From assembly GCA_003244255.1 (NCBI GenBank), contig QHCD01000006.1, forward strand, positions 18,894-82,893: a stretch of DNA of 64,000 nt, in the 5' to 3' direction. Made by a program: the position numbers and the translations under genes. Origin of the DNA: Pseudonocardiales bacterium (lineage in GTDB: Bacteria; Actinomycetota; Actinomycetes; Mycobacteriales; QHCD01). Below the pieces are notes generated by a model that saw only the letters and a list, made by a program, of their open reading frames with translations, did not search any database and was not told the origin of the DNA. Shown here piece by piece: positions 26,622-36,466 of the stretch (the stretch's first letter is position 1; each line of letters starts with the position of its first letter).

Positions 26622-27131
26622 GTGCACGTAGAGGCCGTCGACCCCGCCGTCGATCCGGACCGATTCCGCGCCGTCGCCGGGAGGTTCGCAACCGGCGTGA
26701 CGGTGGTGACGAGCCACCACGGCGGTCGCCATCACGCGATGACGGCGAACAGCTTCGTCTCGGTCTCGCTCGATCCGCTGCTGGTGTTGATCAGCGTCGA
26801 TCGGCGGGCCCGGCTGCACGATCTGGTGCTCGCGGCGGAGGTCTGGGGGGTGTCGGTGCTGCGGGCCGACCAGGAACCGATCTCCCGGCTGTTCGCCAGC
26901 CGCCGCAGCGACACCGACGAGCGGCTCGACGCCGTCGCCTACGAGGTGGGGTCACAGACCGGCGTCCGACTGATCGGGGGCGCCCTGGCCCACCTGGAGT
27001 GCTCCACCCGCACGCCCTACGACGGCGGCGACCACACCCTGCTGGTGGGCAGCGTGGTCTCGATGCGCGTCGTCGACGCCGACGCCGCGCCGCTGCTCTA
27101 CTTCGGCGGCGCCTACCGCCGGCTGCGCTGA
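26622..27131 (+). CDS. Flavin reductase family protein (NAD(P)H-dependent FMN reductase, HpaC/RutF-like)
   Basis: 169 aa, with FR.V.GRFATGVTVVT...HAMTANSF.SVSLDPLLVL.SVD, the split-barrel flavin reductase signature. Confidence 0.8.
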   Translation: MHVEAVDPAVDPDRFRAVAGRFATGVTVVTSHHGGRHHAMTANSFVSVSLDPLLVLISVDRRARLHDLVLAAEVWGVSVLRADQEPISRLFASRRSDTDERLDAVAYEVGSQTGVRLIGGALAHLECSTRTPYDGGDHTLLVGSVVSMRVVDADAAPLLYFGGAYRRLR

Positions 27132-27138
27132 CCTGCTG

Positions 27139-27756
27139 CTACGGCGCATCCGGGGACGGTGGGCTCGCCGCCGACTCGTCGGTCAGCGGCGGGATCGAGA
27201 GCGGCACGTTGCCGGCGAGAGCGTTGCGCACCGCCGCGATGGCGGCGTCCGCCAGGGTCGACTCTACGAGCGTCGCGCCCGGGAATCGCGCCAGCTCACG
27301 CTGCAGATCTGCCACCGAGACGTGACTCACCAGCAGTGCCAGCGCCGTGCTCCCGGGTGGCACGGTCGCGCGCAGCTTGTCGATCTCGTCGTCCTTGATG
27401 CCGGTGTCGACCAGCTTCGCGAGCAGTGCGCCGCCGCCGGCGGTCGCGGCGCCGCCGATCAGGCCGCCGATCGGCCCGCCCAGCAGGGTTCCGAGCAGCA
27501 GCCCCCACATGCCGCCGCCGAGCGCGCCCCGCCCGGTGGTGATGTCGGTGGTTTCCTTGACCCGCGCGCGGCCGTCGGCGTCGCGATGCACGAAGACGGC
27601 GTCGTGCAGGGTCAGCTGGCCTTCGCGCTGCAGCCGGGTGCTGGCGAGCAGGAACTCGTTGGCGCGCAACGGATCGGCGAACCCGATGACCAACAGCTTG
27701 CGCGGATCGTCGCCGGCCATGCCTCCAGGGTAGGGGCCCGACCCAGCCGTCGCCAC
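27139..27756 (-). CDS. DUF1269-family membrane protein (glycine-zipper)
   Basis: It has KLLVIGFADPLRANEFL...L.L.DAV.V.RD..G, then the glycine-zipper GGGMWGLLLGTLLGGPIGGLIGGAATAGGG. An alternative start is ATG 27720. Confidence 0.7.
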   Translation of the reverse strand: MATAGSGPYPGGMAGDDPRKLLVIGFADPLRANEFLLASTRLQREGQLTLHDAVFVHRDADGRARVKETTDITTGRGALGGGMWGLLLGTLLGGPIGGLIGGAATAGGGALLAKLVDTGIKDDEIDKLRATVPPGSTALALLVSHVSVADLQRELARFPGATLVESTLADAAIAAVRNALAGNVPLSIPPLTDESAASPPSPDAP

Positions 27757-27788
27757 GACGCTCTGGCCGCAGCGCCTGGCGGTACCGT

Positions 27789-28550
27789 GTGCTGGTGCCG
27801 ACGATCGACCTTAACGCCGACATCGGCGAGTCCTACGGCGCCTGGCGGATGGGCGACGACGATGCCGTGCTCGACGTCGTCACGAGCGCCAACATCGCGT
27901 GTGGCTACCACGCCGGCGATCCCGTCACGATGCTCGCGACCCTGCGGGCGGCGGCGCGGCGCGAGGTCCGGATCGGGGCGCACGTGTCCTACCCGGACCT
28001 CGTCGGTTTCGGCCGCCGGGAGCTGAACTGCGCGGGCGAGGAGATCGCCGCCGACGTCCTCTACCAGCTCGGTGCGTTGCAGGCGCTCGCGCGCAGCGTC
28101 GGCACGTTCGTGCGCTACGTCAAGCCCCACGGCGCCCTATACAACCGGGCCTGCGCCGATCCCGACATCGCCGTCGTCATCGCCGACGCGCTGGCGTCGG
28201 TCGGGCGGATCCCGGTGCTGCTGCTCGCCGGGTCGCCCGGGGTCGCCGCCGCCGAAGGCAACGGCCGGCCGGTGGTCACCGAGGCGTTCGCCGACCGCGC
28301 GTACACCCCGGATGGCGCGCTGGCACCCCGCCGGCACCCCGGGGCGGTGATCAGCGACGAGGCCGCCGTCGTCGAGCGCTGCCTGCGGCTCGCGACCGAC
28401 GGCACCGTGATCACGACGGACGGCACGGCGATCCGCATCGGCGCTCGGTCGCTGTGCCTGCACGGCGACACGCCAAACGCGGCCGCACTGGCCCGGAAGG
28501 CGCGGGAGGCGCTGCAGGCGGCCGGCATCGGGATCGCTGCCTTCGCTTGA
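27789..28550 (+). CDS. pxpA: 5-oxoprolinase subunit A (LamB/YcsF family)
   Basis: IDLNADIGESYG...D..V...V.SANIACGYHAGDP at the N terminus, 253 aa. Confidence 0.9.
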   Translation: MLVPTIDLNADIGESYGAWRMGDDDAVLDVVTSANIACGYHAGDPVTMLATLRAAARREVRIGAHVSYPDLVGFGRRELNCAGEEIAADVLYQLGALQALARSVGTFVRYVKPHGALYNRACADPDIAVVIADALASVGRIPVLLLAGSPGVAAAEGNGRPVVTEAFADRAYTPDGALAPRRHPGAVISDEAAVVERCLRLATDGTVITTDGTAIRIGARSLCLHGDTPNAAALARKAREALQAAGIGIAAFA

Positions 28551-28555
28551 GCGCC

Positions 28556-29200
28556 ATGCCCTGGCCGAACGCGGAGGCGCGCGCGATGGGGGAATCCGCC
28601 GTGCTGATCCCGGTGACATCGCAGGAGGAGGCATTCGCGATGCGAGCCGCGGTGACGGCAGCGGCAGCGGCTGGCCGCATCGCCGGCTTGGTCGACGTCG
28701 TCGTCGGCGAGCACAACGTCGTAATCGTCTTTGACCCGCTGCGGCTGGATCCTGCTGCTGTGGTTGCGATCGCGGCCTCGGCTCCTGCGTTGGACCGGCG
28801 GCACGAGCAGGTGATGGAGATTCCGGTGGTCTACGACGGCGCCGATCTGCGCGACGTCGCCGAGCAGGTCGGGCACTCGGTCGGCGACGTCGTGCGCCGG
28901 CACGGCGAGCCGCTGTACACCGCCGCGTTCATCGGCTTCTCGCCCGGATTCGCTTACCTGACGGGGCTCGACACGGCACTGCACCTGCCCCGACGCGACA
29001 CGCCGCGGGAGCGGGTGCCGCCCGGCTCCGTCGCAATGGCCGGGCCGTACACGTCCGTCTACCCGCAGGCGACGCCGGGCGGGTGGTGGTTGCTCGGCCA
29101 CACCTCCGTGCGGATGTTCGATGTGCGGCGCGCGGGCGCCGAATCCGCGGTTGCGCCAGGGGATCGGGTGCGGTTCGTCCCGGCCGGAGATCCGCTGTGA
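28556..29200 (+). CDS. pxpB: 5-oxoprolinase subunit B (KipI / allophanate hydrolase subunit 1 family)
   Basis: ATG 28556 within ORF 27899..29200. It has IGFSPGFAYLTGLD..L...RR..PR..VP.GSVA.AG..T.VYP...PGGW. Confidence 0.85.
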   Translation: MPWPNAEARAMGESAVLIPVTSQEEAFAMRAAVTAAAAAGRIAGLVDVVVGEHNVVIVFDPLRLDPAAVVAIAASAPALDRRHEQVMEIPVVYDGADLRDVAEQVGHSVGDVVRRHGEPLYTAAFIGFSPGFAYLTGLDTALHLPRRDTPRERVPPGSVAMAGPYTSVYPQATPGGWWLLGHTSVRMFDVRRAGAESAVAPGDRVRFVPAGDPL

Positions 29201-30108
29201 TCACCGTCGTCGAGCCCGGGCCACTCACCACTGTCCAGGACGAAGGCCGCGCCGGGCTGGCGCACCTGGGAGTGCCGACCGCAGGGCCCGCCGACTGGGT
29301 CTCGCACACGCTCGCCAACCGGCTGGTCGCAAACCCGGCGTCCGCGGCCGCGCTCGAGTGCACGGTCAGTGGGCCGACGCTGCGCTTCGACGACGACGCG
29401 CGCATTGCGGCCGTGGGCGCCCGTCTCGTCGTGGACGGCGAGACGATGTCGACCGAGCGCACGATCGCCGTGCGGGCCGGACAACGGGTGGTCGTCGGCC
29501 GTACCGCCGGCGGTGTGCGCTGCTACGTCGCCGTCGCCGGGGGTTTCGACGTCACGTCGGTCTTGGACAGCCGCTCGACCGACACGCTCGCCGGCATAGG
29601 TCCTCGTGCGCTCGAGGCCGGCGATCGCCTATCCATCGGCGATGTCGATGCGTCCACTGTGGACTCGTCGTTCGCGCTGCGCACTGGCTGGTTGTCTTCG
29701 CCCGGTGCCGATGTGCGCGTCGTCGTCGGGCCGCACGAGCATTGGTTCGACGACTTTACCCAGCTGCTCGACGCCGACTACGCGGTGACCCGGGCGAGTG
29801 ATCGGGTGGGCGTTCGGCTTGCCGGGCCGGCGCTTGGCCGGTCGCGGCCCGGGGAGATCGCAACCTGCGGCGTGGTCGCCGGCGCCATCCAGGTGCCGCC
29901 CGACGGTGTGCCCATCGTGTTGCTCGCGAACCATGCCGCCACCGGCGGCTACCCCATCGTCGGCGTCGTGTGCCGCGCCGATCTCCCAGCGCTCGGACGC
30001 TGCGCCCCCGGCGACGGGGTGTCGTTCGTCGCTGTCGGGCGAGCCGAGGCACTGGCCGCCTACGCCGCACTGACCCGGCGCCTGGACACCGCAGTCGTGC
30101 GGCTCTGA
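29197..30108 (+). CDS. pxpC: 5-oxoprolinase subunit C (KipA / allophanate hydrolase subunit 2 family)
   Basis: GTG 29197 overlaps the pxpB stop (GTGA). It has VVEPGPLTTVQDEGRAGLAHLGVPTAGPAD and TGGYP blocks. Confidence 0.85.
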   Translation: MITVVEPGPLTTVQDEGRAGLAHLGVPTAGPADWVSHTLANRLVANPASAAALECTVSGPTLRFDDDARIAAVGARLVVDGETMSTERTIAVRAGQRVVVGRTAGGVRCYVAVAGGFDVTSVLDSRSTDTLAGIGPRALEAGDRLSIGDVDASTVDSSFALRTGWLSSPGADVRVVVGPHEHWFDDFTQLLDADYAVTRASDRVGVRLAGPALGRSRPGEIATCGVVAGAIQVPPDGVPIVLLANHAATGGYPIVGVVCRADLPALGRCAPGDGVSFVAVGRAEALAAYAALTRRLDTAVVRL

Positions 30109-30158
30109 CGGCGTGCGAAGGGCCGGATCGCGCGCGCCCCCGCCACCGGTGCCAGGGC

Positions 30159-30224
30159 GAGTTGATCATGCACTTTCGGGACGCGACACGCCGAAAAAGC
30201 GTCCCGAAAGCGCATGATCAACTC
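30159..30224. repeat. Near-perfect inverted repeat: 26-bp arms (25/26 complementary), 14-nt loop, relatively AT-rich
   Basis: gagttgatcatgcactttcgggacgc (30159-30184), gacacgccgaaaaa, gcgtcccgaaagcgcatgatcaactc (30199-30224). It lies between the convergent pxpC and GNAT genes, flanked by cgcgcgccccc / gggggaggggg runs. Confidence 0.85.
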
Positions 30225-30247
30225 GGGGGAGGGGGAGGCGCGCGGGA

Positions 30248-31216
30248 TCAGCCGGTCGGCAGCACGCGGTAGTGGTAGCGGTGGTGCGTCCAGTAGCCCA
30301 GGTCGTCGTAGAGCGCGTTGGCGGCCGCGTTCGATTCCAGCACCTGCAGGTAGGAGGACACGGCACCTCGCTCGGCGCCCCAATCGGCCAGTGCCGCCAT
30401 CAGCGCGCGGGCGAGCCCGCGACGGCGATGTGACGGCGCGACCTCAAGGGCGGTGACCCCGAGCCACGTCTCGTCGACGACGGCCCTGGCGACGGCGACG
30501 GGCTCGCCCGCCTCGCGGATGGCCGCGAACACCGGGCAGGCTGCCGCGAGCATCACCGCCCGTCCGATCGCGGGCACGGGGCCGCGGCCGCGGTAGTGAT
30601 ACATGGCGAGCCACGCCTCGTCCGGCTCGTTCTCGAGATCGACGACGACGTCGTCGCGGGCGGCGGCACGCGAGCGCACGTTCGCCAGCTCCCCGGTTCG
30701 CACCAGCGTGGATGCCTCGCCGGACCACCCGAGGGCGTCCAACGCCGCATCTACGGAGGCAGCGCCCGGGATCGGGACGGCAAACCGTGGTGCCAGCCCC
30801 CTTGCGCCGTACCACGCTATCACCGCCTCGATCGCTTGCGTGACAGGCATTCCCGGCGATCCGAGCGGCAGCGCGGAGTTCGCCCGCCCGGTAAACCCTC
30901 CGGCCGCGCGCAACATCCAGTGCCCGAGCCACTCCTGCTCCGGCGCCGGCCAGCCGAGCGTTGCCACCCGTTCGAGCTCCAGTGCATCGCGGGCGGCCAC
31001 CGGCACCGGCTTGATGCGGTGCACGGCCGAAGCGGGCACGGCGATCTCGCGGCCGTCGCGATGCCGGATGCGCAGCTCGTCACCAACCGACAGGAGCACT
31101 CCGACCACGTCGCTGTAGCGCATCCGTCCGGTCGGTTCGTCGACCGTCCGCCCTGCCCGCTCGTCCACCTTCCGCCGGACCGTGACGCGTCGTCCGACCA
31201 GGTCGTCCACCGGCAC
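30248..31216 (-). CDS. GNAT-family N-acetyltransferase (two-domain)
   Basis: 322 aa. The C-terminal acetyl-CoA motif is V.P.HRRRGLARALMAALADWGAERG. The N-terminal domain is conserved among actinobacteria. Confidence 0.75.
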   Translation of the reverse strand: MPVDDLVGRRVTVRRKVDERAGRTVDEPTGRMRYSDVVGVLLSVGDELRIRHRDGREIAVPASAVHRIKPVPVAARDALELERVATLGWPAPEQEWLGHWMLRAAGGFTGRANSALPLGSPGMPVTQAIEAVIAWYGARGLAPRFAVPIPGAASVDAALDALGWSGEASTLVRTGELANVRSRAAARDDVVVDLENEPDEAWLAMYHYRGRGPVPAIGRAVMLAAACPVFAAIREAGEPVAVARAVVDETWLGVTALEVAPSHRRRGLARALMAALADWGAERGAVSSYLQVLESNAAANALYDDLGYWTHHRYHYRVLPTG

Positions 31217-31292
31217 CTCCTGCCCATCGGCATGCCCGCCGGCGATACTAGAGTCGGTTCCGGCGCTGATTGCCGAGGAGAGGACGCCGCGC

Positions 31293-31619
31293 GTGACCTA
31301 CGTGATCGCCGAGCCGTGTGTCGACGTGCTCGACAAGGCGTGCATCGACGAGTGCCCTGTCGACTGCATCTACGAGGGCAAGCGGATGCTCTACATCCAC
31401 CCGGACGAATGTGTCGATTGCGGTGCGTGTGAGCCGGTCTGCCCCGTCGAGGCGATCTACTACGAGGACGACACCCCGGAGAAGTGGAAGGACTTCTACC
31501 AGGTCAACGTCGACTTCTTCATAGACCTTGGCTCGCCGGGTGGCGCCTCCAAGGTGGGCGCCGTCGGCAAGGACCATCCGCTGGTCGAGGGCCTGCCGCC
31601 CGGCGTCAACGACGGCTGA
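31293..31619 (+). CDS. fdxA: 7Fe ferredoxin
   Basis: GTG 31293 gives (M)TYVIAEPCVDVLDKACIDECPVDCIYEG...HPDECVDCGACEPVCPVEAI, the classic actinobacterial FdxA. Confidence 0.9.
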   Translation: MTYVIAEPCVDVLDKACIDECPVDCIYEGKRMLYIHPDECVDCGACEPVCPVEAIYYEDDTPEKWKDFYQVNVDFFIDLGSPGGASKVGAVGKDHPLVEGLPPGVNDG

Positions 31620-31629
31620 GGGCCGCAGG

Positions 31630-32733
31630 GTGCCGCCGTCATACTGGTCCGGCCGGCTGCCGGACTTCCCCTGGGACGCCCTGGCGCCGTGTGCCGAGCG
31701 CGCCCGCGCCCATCCGGGCGGCATCGTCGACCTGTCGATCGGTGCGCCGGTCGACCCCACGCCGCCGCTGATCCAGCGCGCGCTGGCTGACGCCGCCAAC
31801 GCGCCCGGATATCCCACCGCTGCGGGGATCGAGGCGGTACGTGAGGCAGCGGCGAGCTGGCTCGCTGCGCGGCACGGGGTGCTCGGCCTCGGCATCGACG
31901 CGGTCGCCCCGACGATCGGCTCGAAGGAGCTGGTGGCCTGGCTGCCGTTGATGCTCGGCATCGGTCCGGGTGACGTCGTCGCCGTACCCCGGCTCGCCTA
32001 CCCGACGTACGACGTCGGAGTTCGGCTCGCCGGCGCGAGGATGCACGCGGCCGACGACGTCGCGGAGTTCGGCGCGCAAGCGCCCCGGTTGATCTGGGTC
32101 AACTCGCCGTCGAACCCCACCGGAGCCGTGCGTCCGGTGCGGCAGCTTGCGGGCATCCTCGCCTGGGCCCGAGACCACGACGCCGTCGTAGCCAGTGACG
32201 AGTGCTATCTGGATCTCGGCTTCGAAGCGAGCCCGGTGTCGATGCTGCACCCCAGCGTGTGCGGCGACACCCACGCAAACCTGCTTTCGCTGCACTCGCT
32301 TTCAAAGCGGTCGAACCTCGCCGGATACCGCGCGGGGTTCGTGGCCGGCGATCCGTCGCTGGTCGCCTCGATCGTGACGGTGCGCAAGCACGCTGGCCTG
32401 CTGGTTCCCCAGCCGGTACAGGCGGCGATGATCGCGGCATACGGCGACGAGACACACGTCGACGAGCAGCACGCCCGCTATGCCGCGCGCCGGGCTCGGC
32501 TGCGCAATGCCCTGACACAGGCCGGATTCCGCGTCGACCACTCGGGCGCCGGACTGTACCTGTGGGTGAGCCGCGGCGAGGACTGCTGGACGACGACGAA
32601 GGCGCTGGCCGAGCTGGGGATCCTGGTGGCGCCGGGCTCCTTCTACGGCCCGGACGGCGCCGAGCACGTGCGGATCGGGCTCACGGCCTCCGACGAACGG
32701 ATCGGCGCGGCCTGCGAGCGGCTCACGGCCTAG
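31630..32733 (+). CDS. dapC: Succinyldiaminopimelate transaminase
   Basis: GTG 31630. It has LPDFPWDALAP....A..HPGGIVDLSIGAPVDPTP and SLSKRSNLAGYR (PLP lysine region). Confidence 0.85.
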   Translation: MPPSYWSGRLPDFPWDALAPCAERARAHPGGIVDLSIGAPVDPTPPLIQRALADAANAPGYPTAAGIEAVREAAASWLAARHGVLGLGIDAVAPTIGSKELVAWLPLMLGIGPGDVVAVPRLAYPTYDVGVRLAGARMHAADDVAEFGAQAPRLIWVNSPSNPTGAVRPVRQLAGILAWARDHDAVVASDECYLDLGFEASPVSMLHPSVCGDTHANLLSLHSLSKRSNLAGYRAGFVAGDPSLVASIVTVRKHAGLLVPQPVQAAMIAAYGDETHVDEQHARYAARRARLRNALTQAGFRVDHSGAGLYLWVSRGEDCWTTTKALAELGILVAPGSFYGPDGAEHVRIGLTASDERIGAACERLTA

Positions 32734-32766
32734 ACGACCACAGACCTCAGTCCCCGGCGGACCGGC

Positions 32767-33624
32767 CTACGACGACGTACCGCCGGACAGCTCGACATGC
32801 ACGCCGGTGCCGGTCTGCGTGCGGTCCGCCGACCACGACAGGTCACCGCGGTGCCACACCTTCCCGGCGTAGCCGACCGACTCGACGTGCAGGGTCGAAC
32901 CGTGCGCGATGATCCACGCCGCGATCGCCCAGCCACCGGAGCTCGTCGACGCCGCGACGTCGAGAGCGGGTGGCCGGTGGACCGCCGGCGTAACAGCTAC
33001 CGGCGCCGCCACCGGGAAGTCGCGTTGCACCGACGCCGCCACGGCCTCCGGATCCGCCCGGGGCCCGCTGTCGTACCGGCAGGCGAGACCGGCGGGCTGG
33101 CTGCCGACGAACGCGCCGGCGAGACCGATGGCGAGCGGCTCCCACCGCGCATACGCCTGCGGATAGGCGCTGCGCTGCACCTTCTGCGCGACGACCGTGA
33201 GCGCGTCGGTCTGCCAGGCTCGGACCTTCACCAGCGCGTCGTAGAACTTGCCCGCGGCGTAAACCGGCCGGGAGAGGTCCGCGGGCGCGCCCCAGCCCTG
33301 GGACGGCCGCTGCTGGAACAGGCCAACCGAGTCGAGGTCGCCGGCGTCCGCGGGGATATTGACCAGCTTGGATTCCTGGTAGGCCGTCGCGAGTGCGATC
33401 ACCACCGCGCGTTGCGGCAACCCGCGCCGGATGGCGACGGCGCTGATCTCGGCGGCGTTCGCGGCCTGGTCGGGATCCAGTGCGTACCCCGTCGATACGA
33501 CTGCGCAGGTGGGCGCCGACGAGGCGCGGTGCGCCCGGGTGATGGCAATCGCGACGACGCCGGCGACCATGACGACGGCCAGCAGCGCGAGCGCGATGCC
33601 GGCAGACCGGATGCGTCGGCTCAT
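32767..33624 (-). CDS. Hypothetical membrane-anchored protein, possibly with a lysozyme/SLT-like domain
   Basis: ORF 32767..34494 trimmed to ATG 33624 (MSRRIRSAGIALALLAVVMVAGVV, N-terminal TM helix). YQESKLVN...DSVGLFQQRPSQGWG resembles the ES...GLxQ transglycosylase pattern. The upstream part of the track ORF is an out-of-frame overlay of dapD. Confidence 0.55.
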   Translation of the reverse strand: MSRRIRSAGIALALLAVVMVAGVVAIAITRAHRASSAPTCAVVSTGYALDPDQAANAAEISAVAIRRGLPQRAVVIALATAYQESKLVNIPADAGDLDSVGLFQQRPSQGWGAPADLSRPVYAAGKFYDALVKVRAWQTDALTVVAQKVQRSAYPQAYARWEPLAIGLAGAFVGSQPAGLACRYDSGPRADPEAVAASVQRDFPVAAPVAVTPAVHRPPALDVAASTSSGGWAIAAWIIAHGSTLHVESVGYAGKVWHRGDLSWSADRTQTGTGVHVELSGGTSS

Positions 33625-33635
33625 CGGGGGCGGCG

Positions 33636-34556
33636 TCAGCCGTTCTCGTGCAGGGCGGCGTTCAGCGACGTCGACGACTCCCGCGCGAGGACTTCCATCG
33701 CGCCGTCGACACTGTTGCGGCGGAACAGCAGGCTGGTCCGGCCGGAGAGCTCCCGGGCCCGCACGGTGGCCCCGTCCGGGAGCCGCACCTTCGAGCCCGC
33801 GGTGACATAGCATCCGGCTTCGACGACGCAGTCGTCGCCGAGAGAGATCATGATCCCGGCGTTGGCGCCGATCAGGCAGCGCTCGCCGACTGAGATGACG
33901 TCGGCGTTGCCGCCCGACAGCGTGCCCATGATCGACGCGCCGCCGCCGACGTCGGAGCCTGCGCCGACGACGACGCCGGAGGAGATCCGGCCCTCGATCA
34001 TCGACTCGCCCAGCGTTCCCGCGTTGAAGTTGACGAAGCCCTCGTGCATCACCGTCGTGCCGGCGGCCAGGTGCGCACCCAAACGCACCCGGTGGGCATC
34101 GGCGATGCGCACTCCCGGCGGAATGACGTAGTCGGTCATCCGCGGGAACTTGTCCACGCCGTACACGACGACCGGCCCGGCCCCGCGCAACCGGAGCCGG
34201 GTCGCCTCGAATCCTTCCACCGGGCACGGGCCGGCGCTGGTCCAGACGACGTTGCCGAGGACGCCGAAGATGCCTTCCACCGACAGGCCGTGCGGGCGCA
34301 CCAGCCGGTGCGAGAGCAGGTGCAACCGCAGGTAGGCATCGGGCCCGTCGACCGGCGGTGCCGCCAGATCCTCGACGACGGTGCGCACGACGGCAGTGCT
34401 CACCCCGCGGCGGCCGTCGGAGACCACCAGCGCCGCGAGCCCTGGTGGTTCCGGTTCGCCCGCCGGCCGCCCGAGCGCCGGCGACGGGTACCACGTGTCG
34501 AGCACTGCGCCGGACGCGTCGCTCGTGGCGAGGCCGTACCCCCAGGCAGACGTCAC
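33636..34556 (-). CDS. dapD: 2,3,4,5-tetrahydropyridine-2,6-dicarboxylate N-succinyltransferase
   Basis: 306 aa of the actinobacterial long DapD type. It has a left-handed beta-helix hexapeptide region ([47 protein letters not shown]). Confidence 0.9.
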   Translation of the reverse strand: MTSAWGYGLATSDASGAVLDTWYPSPALGRPAGEPEPPGLAALVVSDGRRGVSTAVVRTVVEDLAAPPVDGPDAYLRLHLLSHRLVRPHGLSVEGIFGVLGNVVWTSAGPCPVEGFEATRLRLRGAGPVVVYGVDKFPRMTDYVIPPGVRIADAHRVRLGAHLAAGTTVMHEGFVNFNAGTLGESMIEGRISSGVVVGAGSDVGGGASIMGTLSGGNADVISVGERCLIGANAGIMISLGDDCVVEAGCYVTAGSKVRLPDGATVRARELSGRTSLLFRRNSVDGAMEVLARESSTSLNAALHENG

Positions 34557-34573
34557 ACCGCTACGGTACCGGC

Positions 34574-35641
34574 GTGCCGTCTCTCGACCTGTCCGGCGAT
34601 GTCGCCGCGCTGACCGCCGCCCTGGTGGACACGCCGTCGGTGTCCGGCGCCGAGACCGCGCTCGCCGACGCCGTGGAGGCCACCCTGAGTGTGCGGCCGC
34701 ACCTGCGGGTTGATCGCGACGGCGACACCGTCATCGCGCGCACCGGCCTCGGACGTGCGCATCGCGTGCTGCTCGCCGGGCATCTGGACACGGTGCCGAT
34801 CGCGGACAACCTGCCGTCCCGGCGCGACGGCGACCGGCTCTACGGGTGCGGCAGCTCGGATATGAAGTCCGGCGACGCCGTGCTGCTCCGCACGGCTGCG
34901 ACGCTGACGGAGCCGGCATACGACCTGACGTTCGTCTGCTACGACAACGAGGAAGTGGGCTCCGCCCTGAACGGGCTGGGCCGGGTGGCGCGCAGCCACC
35001 CCGACTGGCTCGCGGCCGATCTGGCGATCCTGCTCGAGCCGACCAACGGCGACGTCGAAGCTGGCTGCCAGGGGACGCTGCGGGCGACCGTGCGCACCAT
35101 CGGGCAGCGCGCGCACAGCGCCCGCTCCTGGCTCGGCGAGAACGCCATCCACCGGGCCGCGCCGGTGCTCGACCGGCTGGCCCGCTACGCCGCCCGGGAG
35201 GTGGAGATCGAGGGCTGCCGGTTCCGGGAAGGGCTCAACGCCGTCGGCATCGACGGCGGCGTGGCCGGGAACATCATTCCCGACGAGTGCGTCGTCACGG
35301 TCAACTTCCGCTTCGCGCCCGACCGCGACGAGGTGGCAGCGAGCGCGCATGTGCGCGAGGTGTTCGGCGGCTACGACGTCGACGTGGTCGATGTCGCCCC
35401 CGGAGCATTGCCGGGGCTGGATTCGCCGCTGGCACAGGCATTTCTGCGCACCGTCGACCGCCCTGTGAACGCAAAGCTCGGCTGGACCGACGTGTCGCGC
35501 TTCGCCGCGATCGGGGTTCCGGCGCTGAACTTCGGTCCGGGCGATCCGAACCTCGCCCACAAGCCCGAGGAGCACGCGATGATCCCCGAGATCGAGCGGA
35601 GCGAACGGGTGCTCGCGGGATTCCTGCGCGGAGTTCAGTAG
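34574..35641 (+). CDS. dapE: Succinyl-diaminopimelate desuccinylase (M20 peptidase)
   Basis: GTG 34574 within ORF 34358..35641. It has [10 protein letters not shown] and EE (metal/catalytic) motifs, and is divergent from dapD. Confidence 0.9.
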   Translation: MPSLDLSGDVAALTAALVDTPSVSGAETALADAVEATLSVRPHLRVDRDGDTVIARTGLGRAHRVLLAGHLDTVPIADNLPSRRDGDRLYGCGSSDMKSGDAVLLRTAATLTEPAYDLTFVCYDNEEVGSALNGLGRVARSHPDWLAADLAILLEPTNGDVEAGCQGTLRATVRTIGQRAHSARSWLGENAIHRAAPVLDRLARYAAREVEIEGCRFREGLNAVGIDGGVAGNIIPDECVVTVNFRFAPDRDEVAASAHVREVFGGYDVDVVDVAPGALPGLDSPLAQAFLRTVDRPVNAKLGWTDVSRFAAIGVPALNFGPGDPNLAHKPEEHAMIPEIERSERVLAGFLRGVQ

Positions 35642-36246
35642 CTTGCGCGGCTGCCAGCGAGCAGCCGCGCTCCGATCGTCGTGGCCCGCCGCCCGGTGAA
35701 TCCCGCGGCGGCGAGTTCGAGGTCGCCGGGCGGGATCTGGCCGTTGTCCGACGTGTGCGATGCACCATAGGGGTTGCCGGCGTCGAACTGCACGGGGTCG
35801 GCGTATCCGGGTGTGACGACGATGCAGCCGAAGTGGTAGGCGGAGTGATAGAGCGCGAGCAGAGTGGCCTCCTGCCCGCCGTGCGCGGTCGCCGACGAGC
35901 AGAAGCCGGCGAAGACCTTGTCGACCAGCTGGCCGTCGCCCCACAGCCCGCCGAGCGTGTCGAGGAACGCCTTGAGCTGCGCCGACACGTTGCCGAACCG
36001 GGTCGGGGTACCGAAGAGGAGGACGTCGGCCCAGGCGACGTCGTCGATCGCTGCCTCGCCGACTCCGGCGGTGGCCTCGGCGTGTCGCGACCAGGCCTCG
36101 CTGGCCGCGATCGTCGCCGCCGGTGCGATCTCGGCGACCCGCCGCAGCCGCACCTCGCCGCCGGCGTCGATGGCGCCCTGCGCCGCCGCCTGCGCCATGG
36201 CGTAGACGCCGCCGGTGGCGCTGTAGTAGATCACCGCGACCCGCAC
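35635..36246 (-). CDS. wrbA: NAD(P)H:quinone oxidoreductase, type IV (WrbA, flavodoxin-like)
   Basis: ORF 35635..36744 trimmed to GTG 36246: [13 protein letters not shown]...[19 protein letters not shown]....LW..G.L..K....F.S....HGGQE. Confidence 0.8.
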   Translation of the reverse strand: MRVAVIYYSATGGVYAMAQAAAQGAIDAGGEVRLRRVAEIAPAATIAASEAWSRHAEATAGVGEAAIDDVAWADVLLFGTPTRFGNVSAQLKAFLDTLGGLWGDGQLVDKVFAGFCSSATAHGGQEATLLALYHSAYHFGCIVVTPGYADPVQFDAGNPYGASHTSDNGQIPPGDLELAAAGFTGRRATTIGARLLAGSRASY

Positions 36247-36466
36247 GTCGCGGCGGCCGGGCTCGGATCCGGACCCGCCCGTGGCGTCGTCGGACTCGCC
36301 GTCGGTCCGCCGCCCGGCGGTGTCGATGACGGCGGTGATGTCGTTCTGCCGCCTGATCCGCACGATCGCCTCTCCCTGCTCCCGACGCTCCCGGCCGTCG
36401 TCGTTCCCATCAGCCGATGCTGCCAAGGGTAGGTTCGGCGCCGTGGGGTGCCGCGCCGGCCGACGG

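Noticed and set aside
32767-34494. 575-aa minus-strand ORF
   Set aside because: Only the C-terminal 285 aa (from ATG 33624, with a TM helix) look real. The N-terminal part overlays dapD out of frame and is Arg/Gly/Pro-rich.
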